NCBI GenBank assembly: GCA_964645315.1
Contig: CAZYBH010000003.1
Coordinates: 5,789 to 69,788, forward strand
Direction of reading: 5' to 3'
DNA length: 64,000 bases
From: an uncultured Candidatus Saccharibacteria bacterium
GTDB taxonomy: Bacteria; Patescibacteriota; Minisyncoccia; Phycocordibacterales; PALSA-1337
Shown here: one piece after another, positions 37,994 to 48,422 of the stretch
Layout: every line of letters starts with the position of its first letter
Numbering within the stretch: position 1 is the stretch's first letter
Notes under the pieces: generated by a model
What the model was told of the DNA's origin: nothing
What the model saw: the letters and a program-made list of their open reading frames with translations, nothing else
The model's database searches: none
Position numbers and translations under genes: made by a program

Positions 37994-39614
37994 CTAGTGA
38001 CGAAACCTCACATTTTGTGGGGTTTTGTCTTTTATTGCTTGATATTTTAGAGGTTCGAGCGCGCTCTAATTCTTCTTCGACCGCCTGACGACTTTTGATG
38101 ATCGTTTTAATGAAAGAATGGTAATTTACAAAGACCTTTTTGCCTTTTAGGGTGAGGTTCGAGCCAAGGCATGCGAGTATCGCTCTTTTGGCTTTATCAT
38201 CTCCTTTTTCAAACCAAATGTGGGCGTAGCAAGCGAAGTCAAAGGTCTGCTCGGTGAGTTCCACCCACTCCAATACCTCTCTGTTTTTCGTCTTCAATTC
38301 TTCTTCGAGTGCCAGTTTCTTTTTTACTATTCCAACCTTGAGCGTTTGGTATTCTTCATCAGTAATTATCGCTCGCTCACTGTTTGCTGGCGAGGTGAAG
38401 TTGAGTGTCAGTGACTGCAAATTCTTGGTGACTTCCTCAAGCTCTTTGTGCTTGCCTTTGAGGACCACAGAATCGCTGTCAACTTCTGTTTTTCGCAGTT
38501 CATGGAGGTGCTTGATTGCCCAGTCTTTGAATCTTTCCGAAATGGTGATCTCACTGAGCTTTTGTTTTATATCAAGTTCCAAGTTCTTAAGCTCTATCAC
38601 TTTCTCCGGACACTTCACGTCTACTTTTTTCTTGGTGCAATTGTAGTAAACGTAGTGGTGAACATTGCCGTTCTTACATCGCTTTACTTTCGCCTGTGCA
38701 GTGATACTACAGCCACACGTGCCGCATTTCATAAGCGAGGTGAAGGCAAAGCTGCGCTCTGGCCGAGGTCGTGGTTGCATGGTTCTTCCCATGATCTGTT
38801 GGACCTTATTGAATTCTTCTTCGGTTATCATGGCTTCATGTGCGCCTTTGTGCCATTCTCCGCTTTTGTAGGGATATTCAAACCAGCCGTAATAAAAGGG
38901 GTTGCTTAGGAGTGCATAGATGCCGCTTTTAGAAAGATGCTTGCCACCCATATTTCTTCGTTGATACGTTTTCAAATTCAACTCCTTACGAGCCACATCC
39001 CATATTTGAATTGTGCTGTAGTTACCGGTAAGCATGAGGTCAAAGAGTCTCTTTACCACAGGAAAACGTTCAGGGTCCTTCATGATGGTCTTGAATCCTT
39101 TTTCTCGGTCTGGTGTGCTCATATATCCCACAGGACACATGCTTGGTAGCCAGCCTTCTCGGACCTTCTTTGCAAGACCTCGCTTTACGTTTACTGATAA
39201 GTCTCTGATGTACTGGTTGGCCATGCCAAGCTCAACTTGCATCATGAGGACATTGTCCGTTGGGTAGTATGTTCGGCCGAATGTCACAATCTGTGCGATT
39301 GCACTTTGCTGTAGCATCCAGCTTATTTGTCCACCGTCCACAGGGTTGCGTGCAAGGCGGTCCAGTTTCCAACAGATGATTCCATTCGCTTCGCCTTTGT
39401 AAATTCTCTCAAGCATTTTGTTGAATACTGGTCTTCCTGGTTTCTTGGCCGATTGTGATTCGGTAAGGACCTCAACTATCGCCAAGCCTTGCTCTTCTGC
39501 AATCTTCAAGAGTTCATCTTTCTGAGCATCGATTGATGCCGCTTGTCTGTCTTCCGCCTCGCTTGATTTACGAGCGTAGAGGAAGTATTTGATTGTAGGT
39601 GTTTTATTATTCAT
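37965..39614 (-). CDS. large serine recombinase (resolvase, recombinase and Zn-ribbon domains)
   Basis: YARKSSE, WKLDRLARN, LMKCGTCG, YYNC; C-terminal LRRQDSNL is read from the tRNA antisense strand. Confidence 0.95.
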   Translation of the reverse strand: MNNKTPTIKYFLYARKSSEAEDRQAASIDAQKDELLKIAEEQGLAIVEVLTESQSAKKPGRPVFNKMLERIYKGEANGIICWKLDRLARNPVDGGQISWMLQQSAIAQIVTFGRTYYPTDNVLMMQVELGMANQYIRDLSVNVKRGLAKKVREGWLPSMCPVGYMSTPDREKGFKTIMKDPERFPVVKRLFDLMLTGNYSTIQIWDVARKELNLKTYQRRNMGGKHLSKSGIYALLSNPFYYGWFEYPYKSGEWHKGAHEAMITEEEFNKVQQIMGRTMQPRPRPERSFAFTSLMKCGTCGCSITAQAKVKRCKNGNVHHYVYYNCTKKKVDVKCPEKVIELKNLELDIKQKLSEITISERFKDWAIKHLHELRKTEVDSDSVVLKGKHKELEEVTKNLQSLTLNFTSPANSERAIITDEEYQTLKVGIVKKKLALEEELKTKNREVLEWVELTEQTFDFACYAHIWFEKGDDKAKRAILACLGSNLTLKGKKVFVNYHSFIKTIIKSRQAVEEELERARTSKISSNKRQNPTKCEVSSLGLRRQDSNL

Positions 39615-40443
39615 ATGCGCTTTTAATGTTATCTTCCGACCGTTTTTCACCGTTTTTAAATGGTGGTTTTTGCTCTATGGCAGTTACATTATCGTCACTG
39701 CGTGGTTCCCGTAATTTTCCCGTTATTTCGGGAAAGGTCGTCTCACCGGGCTGACGAACGACAGTATCCCCAGAAGGGTCTCGAATAGCAACTGATTCCT
39801 GACTTCTTGGCATCTGCCATTTCTGCATTGTTCCCCTTAACACATCTCCAATGTGAGTTACAGAATTAGGAGAGTTTTTTCTTAGGTTAGTTAGAGTTTC
39901 ATTATCATCACTGCGATATGGTCGCTTATTGTAACTGCGAGGGCGTTGTTTTTGTAACTGCGGTGGTGCCTCGGATATCTTTATTTTTCGATTCCAGTTA
40001 GGGACCGGCAACCATAGCTCGCTCGCATGGAAAGTGTAGAGATTTACCATGTTGAACATACCATCAGCTCTCGTAACGCCGATAATGCCGTAGCCTTCGA
40101 GGATGCGAATTGCCTTAATGATGCTACTTCTGTTTTTACTGCCGACGAGTTCCTGAATGGTAGTGATACTTGGAAACGCCGCCTGGCTTTCGGTGTTGCA
40201 GTGGACCAAAAGCGCCATATATACTGACGTACATAACTTTGAGAGTGTTGCAAGATATCCGCCTTGCACATATTCGTTATCAACGAAGAACCTGCTCGAC
40301 TTATTCTTTTTGCGAAGTTTGGACCGATCTATCTTGTCATGCAGTCTGTTGAGGTAGGCTTTCTTTTGATTGTGGTTGAGGTCCTTTCTTGTTTTTGATT
40401 TGTCTCTTAGTATCCACTCGATCAATTCCTTGTCGTTTTCCAT
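39607..40443 (-). CDS. HTH protein resembling phage/plasmid replication initiators
   Basis: VYMALLVHCN...FPSITTIQELVG...SIIKAIRILEGYGII winged-HTH followed by a repeat-rich linker. Confidence 0.7.
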   Translation of the reverse strand: MENDKELIEWILRDKSKTRKDLNHNQKKAYLNRLHDKIDRSKLRKKNKSSRFFVDNEYVQGGYLATLSKLCTSVYMALLVHCNTESQAAFPSITTIQELVGSKNRSSIIKAIRILEGYGIIGVTRADGMFNMVNLYTFHASELWLPVPNWNRKIKISEAPPQLQKQRPRSYNKRPYRSDDNETLTNLRKNSPNSVTHIGDVLRGTMQKWQMPRSQESVAIRDPSGDTVVRQPGETTFPEITGKLREPRSDDNVTAIEQKPPFKNGEKRSEDNIKSAYE

Positions 40444-40600
40444 ATTCTTCAAGCCACGCTTTCTTTATTGGTCGGTAGACGAAGTTAAAAAGCGTGAGCA
40501 AATTAATTGCCTCATTAGCAAGAACGTCATCAGGAAAGACTGTGCCGGTTTCTTCCAGGTGAAGTTGTTTATATTCTTCTAGTGCGTGTTTGGTAAGCAT
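40337..40600 (-). CDS. small helical protein leading the rep-recombinase operon
   Basis: MLTKHALEEYKQLHLEETG...AINLLTLFNFVYRPI; first gene of the operon. Confidence 0.65.
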   Translation of the reverse strand: MLTKHALEEYKQLHLEETGTVFPDDVLANEAINLLTLFNFVYRPIKKAWLEEYGKRQGIDRVDTKRQIKNKKGPQPQSKESLPQQTA

Positions 40601-40649
40601 AATGAGGGGTTCGACCTTTTGTATGAGGTAGTGCTCTTCCCAAGAAACA

Positions 40650-40701
40650 GAAAGAGCTGAGCCCCCATTGCAAGTTGACTCAGCTCTTTCCGTGCAATGG
40701 G
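40650..40701 (-). promoter_or_regulatory. candidate RNA pseudoknot in operon leader
   Basis: 12-bp stem whose loop pairs over 9 bp with the adjacent sequence. Confidence 0.5.
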
Positions 40702-40914
40702 TATCTTTATCCTAGAATCGAAATTCGTACTAAATGTAGGAATTACTTCTCTAAGATGATCTCATCGTACTGCTCTCAAACGGTAAAAAATGGTGCATTA
40801 CTTTGACCGCTTGAAATAAGGGTATTTTCGTGAATTTCGGTGGTTACTGTGCCATAGACGCAAAAACCCCTGAATAGGGGTTGAAAAGCGTACACAGGGG
40901 CGTTTAGGGGGTAA

Positions 40915-42789
40915 TTAGGCTTTCTTCCACAGATCATCTAAATCTATCGTACCACTTTGAGGCCTTCGTTTCTTATCAAGAAGCTTAATTTTTAAAGAAA
41001 GTGGAAATTGAGTCATTTGTCCAGCAATAAAACAGCAACCTGTAGCAAGGTTTGAAATCGAGTCAAAAGAAAGCTTATCCAAATAACTTACCGCCTTATT
41101 AACTGACTTTAAATCATTTTCGTTCATCAATTTGTGAATAAAATAATTATGAAGCTGAGAAATTATGGTGGGAGAAATATCAGATGGTCTCTGACTAGCA
41201 ATTGTAAGAAAAACTCCAAACTTTCTACCTTCCTTTATTATTTCCTCAAACGTTTCTAGACGATAATCTTTCCAAGTTTCAGACTCTCTTACAGAGTTTT
41301 CAGATAAAATGTTATGTGCCTCGTCAATAATAATATGGAGGGATGTATTATTTTTATAAGTTTTTTTCTGATTCTCGTATAACTTTTTTAGAATGACTAA
41401 TGGCAAAGATTTTTTAATATCTCTATTGGCAGATTTTAGATCTATAACTACCAAGTTGTTGCCTTTTCCAAAAATATTCTTTTTAGCATTTGTACTAGTG
41501 TCAAAGACTTTCTGAATGCTTTTTTTGACACTTTCAAGTCTAGTTATGCAATGATAGACGTGGTCATCGTGAACTCTGTTATCTAGCAAATCATAAAGTA
41601 ATTGCATTCTTGCAAAGTCGAGGAACTTTTCAATTATATTGTCAGGAAATACATAAGTATCTGCCTGAGTATAAAATACTTGTGATTTATATTGCTCGTC
41701 AGTTATCTGGTCATAATCAGTAGTTCCACCACATTTAAAGTATGAATGGGTATTATGCCATTCAGGAATAACAAAATCTTGGTTGTCAGTTTCAATCTTA
41801 AGTATTTGTTTGTATCGATCTATACACAAAAATGCCAGTTCTTTATTTTTTAATTTCAAAATTCTGAGCGCTATTAACTTCAAGTTATTTTTGAAATAGT
41901 CATTAGAATTGTTTTCTTTTGTTATCTTTTTAAATAAGCTTATCGAGCGATTCAAAAATGGCTTTTGTGTTTTTTCACTAGCACCAGAAAGTATTGATAT
42001 AAGTTCAATATCAATAAAACCATTTTCGTTCAAAGGAACACGATTTTTGTTATTTATTTTTTCTAACTCAATTTCAGTATTAAGTTTATATACTTTTTTC
42101 TTTTTACTAAGAACATCTGAAGATGAGTATTCACCATTAAAATCAATAAATATAAACTTGGATTTGGATTTAAATTTTTCATTAAGATTTTCTAATCCAA
42201 ATAGTTCTGCATACATTTTTGCAAGAGTATTTGATTTACCAGACCCTGTATTGCCAAAAATACCAATATGACCTGCAAATAGTTTTTTAGCTGAAATTGA
42301 AATATCTTGAGTCTCTTCATCAATCAGTGATCCAAGGGTAACGGAAAGCTCTTTTTCATCAGAAAGCTGATGTAATATTTCAAATTCTTCTCTAGAAAGA
42401 AGTTTACATTCACTACCAATTAGAGGCATTTCTTTGATACCGTGTTGAAAGTTAAAATCGCTATCATAGAATCCAAAAACTGAAACATTGAGAAATCGGC
42501 TTATCTTCTTATTCTCATTTGTATATTTTTTCTTAGTTTGATATCTATCCTCTTCGAGATACTCACCCTCGACTTTACAAATTATTTCAGTAAAACCTTT
42601 AACTATTTTCACATAGTTGGATAGCCCAACAGAAACATTTTTTATTGTTCTACCTTTAAAAAATAGATGAGGGAGATTCTTGTCATTCTTTACCTTAACA
42701 ACAATATCTTTGCCCTTAACACTAAATACACTGCCAATGGTAAATACGGAATTATCAACTAGTCTTTCATGTAAATTAAAGTTGTTCAT
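40915..42789 (-). CDS. HerA/DUF87 ATPase (SIR2-HerA defence)
   Basis: HIGIFGNTGSGKS, IIIDEAH, KEGRKFG, ASQRPSD; N-terminal HAS barrel. Confidence 0.92.
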   Translation of the reverse strand: MNNFNLHERLVDNSVFTIGSVFSVKGKDIVVKVKNDKNLPHLFFKGRTIKNVSVGLSNYVKIVKGFTEIICKVEGEYLEEDRYQTKKKYTNENKKISRFLNVSVFGFYDSDFNFQHGIKEMPLIGSECKLLSREEFEILHQLSDEKELSVTLGSLIDEETQDISISAKKLFAGHIGIFGNTGSGKSNTLAKMYAELFGLENLNEKFKSKSKFIFIDFNGEYSSSDVLSKKKKVYKLNTEIELEKINNKNRVPLNENGFIDIELISILSGASEKTQKPFLNRSISLFKKITKENNSNDYFKNNLKLIALRILKLKNKELAFLCIDRYKQILKIETDNQDFVIPEWHNTHSYFKCGGTTDYDQITDEQYKSQVFYTQADTYVFPDNIIEKFLDFARMQLLYDLLDNRVHDDHVYHCITRLESVKKSIQKVFDTSTNAKKNIFGKGNNLVVIDLKSANRDIKKSLPLVILKKLYENQKKTYKNNTSLHIIIDEAHNILSENSVRESETWKDYRLETFEEIIKEGRKFGVFLTIASQRPSDISPTIISQLHNYFIHKLMNENDLKSVNKAVSYLDKLSFDSISNLATGCCFIAGQMTQFPLSLKIKLLDKKRRPQSGTIDLDDLWKKA

Positions 42790-43789
42790 CGTCTTTATCC
42801 GGTTCAAGGACCTCTTGTTCTTTATTTGTGAATATACCAGAAAGGAATTCTGTGCTTTTTTCAAATGGCAAATTATTTTCTACATAGAAGTTTGACTTTT
42901 TCTTTTCCTCTAGATCATCTACCACTTCATCGTATTCTTTGTGATAAAGATAAACTACTATTAGGGTCGGATTGTTCTTCATTACACCGTAAAGTAACTC
43001 TCTTATATGTTTATCTTTAAGAGAAAATCCTAATATAAACAAAACACTATTTTCTTTTTCCAGCTCTAACGTAAACTTCCTTAGCATGGAAGCGTAATTA
43101 GTATCTAGAACTGTTTCAAGGTGTTTTTCTGCATTTGGATTGATGACAGCAACTTGTTTATACCCTGTAGCAAAATCATTCCCGGTTTTACTATCCAGAT
43201 CATCAGCAATATGCGAACCATTTGAATAGATGATTTTTTCCTCTTTTGTCTTCCAAGAAAGTGAACCGTGAAGTTTAATGATATTGAAAAGTGGAATGTC
43301 GGAAGTGTTATCAAATTGAAGGCTCTTATATTTTTGAATTTTGTTAAAATTTGCCACGCTAAATACTGAATTGATTTGCCCGGCAAATCCATCATTGTAC
43401 GGTATACCTAAACGCTCACAGGCATCTTCTATAAACATGTCAAAGTTCGTGCTGAAAATATTGACTTGTTTATTTACGATATGTAATGATCGACGGGAAA
43501 TAGTATCAGCCCAAAAATTTAAAAATGTATCATAGTTCTGTTTGGTTTTAGTAAGCTTACCTTGTTCTGCCACATCCACCTCAAAGGTTGAATTTAGAAT
43601 AGCTTTTGATTTGCGGATGATCTTATAATAATCTTTTTGTGCGACCTCTTTGGTAGCATCATTATTCATTCGGTTTTCAATGTCTTGCAGGGTCGAAAGA
43701 TAGTCAAGAGAACAACCAGAACCAATAAGTAGATTTATGTGGCCACTTTGAATTATTTCTTTGAGTTCTTTTTTATCGATTTTTTTCAT
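42776..43789 (-). CDS. SIR2-like NADase (SIR2_2)
   Basis: LIGSGCS, STNFD, IKLHGSLSW, LGFSLKDKHI. Confidence 0.9.
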   Translation of the reverse strand: MKKIDKKELKEIIQSGHINLLIGSGCSLDYLSTLQDIENRMNNDATKEVAQKDYYKIIRKSKAILNSTFEVDVAEQGKLTKTKQNYDTFLNFWADTISRRSLHIVNKQVNIFSTNFDMFIEDACERLGIPYNDGFAGQINSVFSVANFNKIQKYKSLQFDNTSDIPLFNIIKLHGSLSWKTKEEKIIYSNGSHIADDLDSKTGNDFATGYKQVAVINPNAEKHLETVLDTNYASMLRKFTLELEKENSVLFILGFSLKDKHIRELLYGVMKNNPTLIVVYLYHKEYDEVVDDLEEKKKSNFYVENNLPFEKSTEFLSGIFTNKEQEVLEPDKDDEQL

Positions 43790-46101
43790 ACTTTTAATTT
43801 GACCCACTCACTCCAATCACCACGTTCGCATTTTTCCCAGTTGTAAGTAGATTCTTGGTTTAATGTCCAATCTCCATTTCTCTCAATCACAACACCACCA
43901 AAAAGCTTTTTATTCTTCTGGGTCTTTATGTATTGGTACAAAGCCTCAGCCTTAGCTTTTGTGTAAGTTTTACCATCACGATCACCTGAATCCTTTACTT
44001 CAAATATACCGATCTTTCCATCAGTGAATTGGACCAGATAGTCCGGATAGAAAGTATAGATAGCACCAGAGTATTCATACTTCACGCCAAAGTATTCCTG
44101 TTTGTTTTCTCCATTTTTCCACCACCAAGTTATTTTTGAGCTATTATCATTCAAAAACTTCTCAAAAGATTTCTCGGGTAGGGATCGGTCAATGTTTAGG
44201 TAGCATGGCTGATAGGCATACTTTTTGGTAGGAACAATTTCATCAGTAAATTCGTTATAAAAAAGCTCTATAGGGAGTTCAAAAGCATATTTCTTTTCGC
44301 TTTCTTCTACTCGCTTTCGGACCTCAGCCTCTTTGACCGTCTTGTATTCATCGACTGCCTTAGTAAGAATCTTTTCAATCGCTGGACGATTGTCTTTGTG
44401 CATACAAAGCTTTTGAATGAGGAGTATTTCCTCATGCCAATCTTCTGAATTGAGGTATTTTCTGAACCACAAATAAATAGCAGTCTTTACGCTTGGAATA
44501 GAGCGCTTAACATTTCTAAATGGACCGAGCTGTGACTTAATCATTTGCTCAAAGAAAATCTGCAATTCATCAGCAGCAACACTAAGCTTTGCCATAGCAG
44601 TGGGATCTATATTTCCTTGAAGTTCATCAAAGTTTTTAGCACTGATATGAGTGTCAGCAATAATTTGTTGCTGGTACTTTTCAAGCTCAACATCAATACC
44701 CATATTCTTGAGTGACGTCTTGATCTTCACCAGTTTCTCACCATCTTCTATACCAAGTTCTCTGTTTACTACCTTTTCAAATACCGGCGTAAAGCTTGAG
44801 GTGATGTCTCCGTAATCAGCACGTGCTTTATAGTAAGAATCAATTTTGAGCGGCTTATACTCCTTAACTCTATTAGCCTTTAGATGTTTGATTATGTTTG
44901 GATTGTATTCTTCTTTCTTAACTGAAATAGATTCCAAGTTTGTATAGATGTAACCACGATTAAGAGCCTCATTTTCATAATGCTTTTGTTCTGGCATACG
45001 TAAGATTCGTCCGACAGTCTGTATTTCAAAAACAATATTCGAAGATTCTCTAAACTTCACAAGAATATGAGCACGAGGACAGTCCCATCCAGTATCAATT
45101 GCTTGTTTGAATATCAAAAACTCAATCTGATTGTCCGATTCAGAAATCCACTCGATAGTGTCTGATTTTTGTTCAGCAAGCCAAATAGCAAGCTTTCCAT
45201 TTTTCTCTGTAATACCCTTATCACCAAGAAACTTTTTAACAGCATCAATCTTTTGATCACCAGCCTCGGATGTAGGAATCTGTATTAAGACAAGAGGATT
45301 AATATCAGAATCTTCTTTTGCAAAAGCCTTCTTAAGTTCAAGACGTTTTTTATATGCCGCCTCTAAGACTGCTGTCTGTGAATCATCTTCTGATTTTGCA
45401 ATCTTCTCAATATCCTCATTGATGATGAGCTCTTTCTTAATCATCCCTTCTTCGATAACGTCTTTTGGATTCACCTTTACCAATCCAGCGCGAGTTTCAA
45501 CAATATCTTCAGCTGTAATTTTTATACTTGGTGTGGCACTCATTTCAATCGTTACATCGGCAGCAATAAGCTCACGAAGTTCCTGAGCGCGACCTGTAGA
45601 TGCGTTGGTGTGACTCTCATCAATAATAAGAATTATCTTTCTCTGTTCTTTAGTTTTTTCAAGTACATCACGGAAATTAAGTTTCTCACCATCTTTCATG
45701 GCGAGGTTTTTCCAATCACCAGACTTACCATCCTTGGCACGTAGTTTTTCCCAGTTTGCCACTACGACTTCATTCTGAACAATACGCTCTCTACCACCAC
45801 TAAATTCACCCTCAACAAGTGAGACACGAGGAAAACCCCCGAAGATTCGCTCGAGAGATCGCTTACTCTGTCCATGAAGATCACCTTTACCAATACTCAT
45901 CCAAATAAAACAAAGATCTTCGTTTGGAAGTTCTTTTATAAGACTCTCTATAAAAATAGCAGTCATGACAGTCTTGCCTGATCCGGTAGGGGCTTGAAAT
46001 ACACAAACTTCACCAGGACCGTCAAAATCCAAAAGTTTAACTGTCGTGTCAACAAGCTGGTTGACTGCTTTTTCTTGATAGGGTTTTAAATTAATACTCA
46101 T
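43786..46101 (-). CDS. res: type III restriction endonuclease (Res)
   Basis: APTGSGKT, IIDESH, GWDCPRA, QTVGRILR; C-terminal PD...EVK nuclease. Confidence 0.9.
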   Translation of the reverse strand: MSINLKPYQEKAVNQLVDTTVKLLDFDGPGEVCVFQAPTGSGKTVMTAIFIESLIKELPNEDLCFIWMSIGKGDLHGQSKRSLERIFGGFPRVSLVEGEFSGGRERIVQNEVVVANWEKLRAKDGKSGDWKNLAMKDGEKLNFRDVLEKTKEQRKIILIIDESHTNASTGRAQELRELIAADVTIEMSATPSIKITAEDIVETRAGLVKVNPKDVIEEGMIKKELIINEDIEKIAKSEDDSQTAVLEAAYKKRLELKKAFAKEDSDINPLVLIQIPTSEAGDQKIDAVKKFLGDKGITEKNGKLAIWLAEQKSDTIEWISESDNQIEFLIFKQAIDTGWDCPRAHILVKFRESSNIVFEIQTVGRILRMPEQKHYENEALNRGYIYTNLESISVKKEEYNPNIIKHLKANRVKEYKPLKIDSYYKARADYGDITSSFTPVFEKVVNRELGIEDGEKLVKIKTSLKNMGIDVELEKYQQQIIADTHISAKNFDELQGNIDPTAMAKLSVAADELQIFFEQMIKSQLGPFRNVKRSIPSVKTAIYLWFRKYLNSEDWHEEILLIQKLCMHKDNRPAIEKILTKAVDEYKTVKEAEVRKRVEESEKKYAFELPIELFYNEFTDEIVPTKKYAYQPCYLNIDRSLPEKSFEKFLNDNSSKITWWWKNGENKQEYFGVKYEYSGAIYTFYPDYLVQFTDGKIGIFEVKDSGDRDGKTYTKAKAEALYQYIKTQKNKKLFGGVVIERNGDWTLNQESTYNWEKCERGDWSEWVKLKV

Positions 46102-47902
46102 AAATTTGTTTGTATACGTCTAGAATCTTTTGTGGAATTGGCTCGACCGTAACATCTTTCCATCCACTAAAATCTTTTTTATTTAATCCAAGAGGATCAA
46201 GAGTAAAACAGTAGAGAATCTTTTCTCCTTCGATCTTACTTAAATCCTTTTTAAGTTCTGATAAGGCCTTCCGATCTAGGGAATAGTAGGCGGCAAGAAC
46301 CCTATTACCTTTCTGGAATACTCTATAATCATCAGTTGTTTTTACTTCATCAAAAATACCTTCACGTAGACAAAGCATTTCTGTACATTCCTTTGTCATA
46401 CGGATCTTCAAATCATCTTTGTTTGCAGTTTTCTTGATGAATTTAGTTTTGAAGTATTTTAGAGATCCTACACCAGTATTTGTGAGAACATTGTTTAATC
46501 TAGGATATGTTTTTTCGAGACAAATATTTTCTTCATTATTTGTACATAAAATAAATTTATGTTGCGTACCTTTATCCTTATTAAGCTCTACAACCGCATG
46601 GCCTGTTGATCCACTTCCTGCAAAAAAGTCTAGAATTGTCGCATTATCATCTGAAACAAAATGAATTAGTTGCTTTATCAATCTAATTGGTTTTTTACCA
46701 TTCTTAAAATCAATCCCACCTTCTTTAGCAACGTTACCCATATCAAGATAAAAGCCTGGCCACCAGTCACCCCTGATAGTAGTTACACCGTAAGTTTGGT
46801 AATAGTCATCAGCCTTTCTAACTTTATCTGATAAGCGAATTCTTTGTTTATATTCTCCCTTACCGTTATATCCAACTAAATAAGATCGATCATTTGAGCC
46901 ATACTCAATTAAGATACCCTCTTTAACTTTAGATAGAACTTCTTTGTCTTTTATCTCTACAGTATCGTGAATACGAACAATCTGATCTGCTTTTTTATTT
47001 ATAAAATCTCTTACTTCATCAAGTTTTGCATAAGCATCAGAGATTTGATTATTAGTCATCGATCTCTTTCCTTTTGAATCTTTAGCTAAATTCAAAAAAC
47101 ATAATTTTTCAAATATCTTGTTATCCGCACATAAAACGCTTGTGAGTGATGTCTCTGAATAAGTTCCATCCGTATTTTTATTTATAAACAGGGAGTAGTG
47201 ATTGTCGTATTCAATCGGATCGTACAAAACATTTTTTCCGATAGTCTTTCTTCCATCTTTTGAATACACAAGAATATACTCGGCATTTTTTACTATATTA
47301 CCCATCTTTGCTGATCTTACTTTTTGACCTTGGACCGTAGACATCTGAACGTGCAAAGTGGTAACAAAATTATTTAAACCAAAAACCTCATCGCACAGTA
47401 GTCTAAGCTGAGACTGTTCATTGTCATCTATCGAAATAAAAATAACTCCAGTCTCTCTCAGTAGATTTTTTGCTAATCGCAACCTTTTTGACATGAAAGA
47501 CAACCATTTGCTGTGTTTATATTCGTCCTCACTATCAACATAATTGTCGTTATAAATAAAATCCCTATTACCAGTGTTGTAGGGTGGGTCAATATAAATA
47601 ACATCAACTTTTCCTTGATGAGTGAAATTTAAGACAGAGAGTGCATGGTAGTTATCGCCCTCAATCAATATGTTTACTGGTCTAGTGTCGTCTTTGTCAG
47701 TAATTTCTTTTCCTTTTACTTCCTTAAGAACTGGTAGTGCATTTTCGGCATCTTTCTCGAACTGTTCTTTCACCTTATCTTCATCCCAGATAAGTCCATA
47801 TTTCTTTCGAGATTCAAGCTTTTCTACAATTTTAATTAGATCCTCTTTGCTAAGGTTGGAATAATCTTTCTTTGAATTCTTATTGGTTGCAATGGGATTC
47901 AT
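46091..47902 (-). CDS. mod: type III RM adenine methyltransferase (Mod)
   Basis: IEGDNY, IDPPYNTG, ISIDDNE, DFFAGSGSTG (beta-class order). Confidence 0.92.
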   Translation of the reverse strand: MNPIATNKNSKKDYSNLSKEDLIKIVEKLESRKKYGLIWDEDKVKEQFEKDAENALPVLKEVKGKEITDKDDTRPVNILIEGDNYHALSVLNFTHQGKVDVIYIDPPYNTGNRDFIYNDNYVDSEDEYKHSKWLSFMSKRLRLAKNLLRETGVIFISIDDNEQSQLRLLCDEVFGLNNFVTTLHVQMSTVQGQKVRSAKMGNIVKNAEYILVYSKDGRKTIGKNVLYDPIEYDNHYSLFINKNTDGTYSETSLTSVLCADNKIFEKLCFLNLAKDSKGKRSMTNNQISDAYAKLDEVRDFINKKADQIVRIHDTVEIKDKEVLSKVKEGILIEYGSNDRSYLVGYNGKGEYKQRIRLSDKVRKADDYYQTYGVTTIRGDWWPGFYLDMGNVAKEGGIDFKNGKKPIRLIKQLIHFVSDDNATILDFFAGSGSTGHAVVELNKDKGTQHKFILCTNNEENICLEKTYPRLNNVLTNTGVGSLKYFKTKFIKKTANKDDLKIRMTKECTEMLCLREGIFDEVKTTDDYRVFQKGNRVLAAYYSLDRKALSELKKDLSKIEGEKILYCFTLDPLGLNKKDFSGWKDVTVEPIPQKILDVYKQIYEY

Positions 47903-48045
47903 TACACAACACTTTACCATTTTTTGCCCTAAAAATAAAGATTTTTTGAGTTCATGAATTATTTAACATCAAGCTCAATAATAGCCTTATAAACAAAGAT
48001 TATTTCACCTCTCTCTCTTCAGACACGATTTAACATTTTGTATCT

Positions 48046-48100
48046 AAATTTAAAGTTGGGGGCTTAACTTTAAATTTGCCGATTCCAAATTAAAAGTTAC
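48046..48100. repeat. three-arm AT-rich palindromic motif, copy 1
   Basis: AAATTTAAAGTT-N8-AACTTTAAATTTG-ccgattc-CAAATTAAAAGTTAC; second copy at 62460. Confidence 0.65.
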
Positions 48101-48300
48101 TGTCCGGTCCACTCTTGCTCACAAACCGCACATTGTACATAGCCGGTATGTTCAAAATTGTTGGTAAATCCATTAGATTGATACGTTTTTGTTGTCTCAT
48201 CCCAGTAGAACTCGTCATCGATAATAGTTTCTACAAGTTTACGATCAGAGCCACAAAACTGACAGGTGTGTTTTGGATATTTTTTAGTCTTTCTTTCCAT
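48097..48300 (-). CDS. small Zn-finger protein
   Basis: CQFC...CAVC; start refined to MERKTKKY. Confidence 0.55.
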   Translation of the reverse strand: MERKTKKYPKHTCQFCGSDRKLVETIIDDEFYWDETTKTYQSNGFTNNFEHTGYVQCAVCEQEWTGQ

Positions 48301-48422
48301 ACGGACGATCATTGATCGAAGGCTGGAAGAAGTCAATGAAAAGCTAAAACCGCCCATTTCGAGACGGTTTCGGATACTCCTTCTACGCATGGCAGACGAG
48401 ATAATATAAATATAACTTTCTT

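Noticed and set aside
48061-48103. TAAC...GTTA hairpins (also at 62477) as integron attC sites
   Set aside because: At about 40 bp they are shorter than attC sites, the R' box does not fit GTTRRRY, and there is no IntI gene. Kept only as an unexplained motif.
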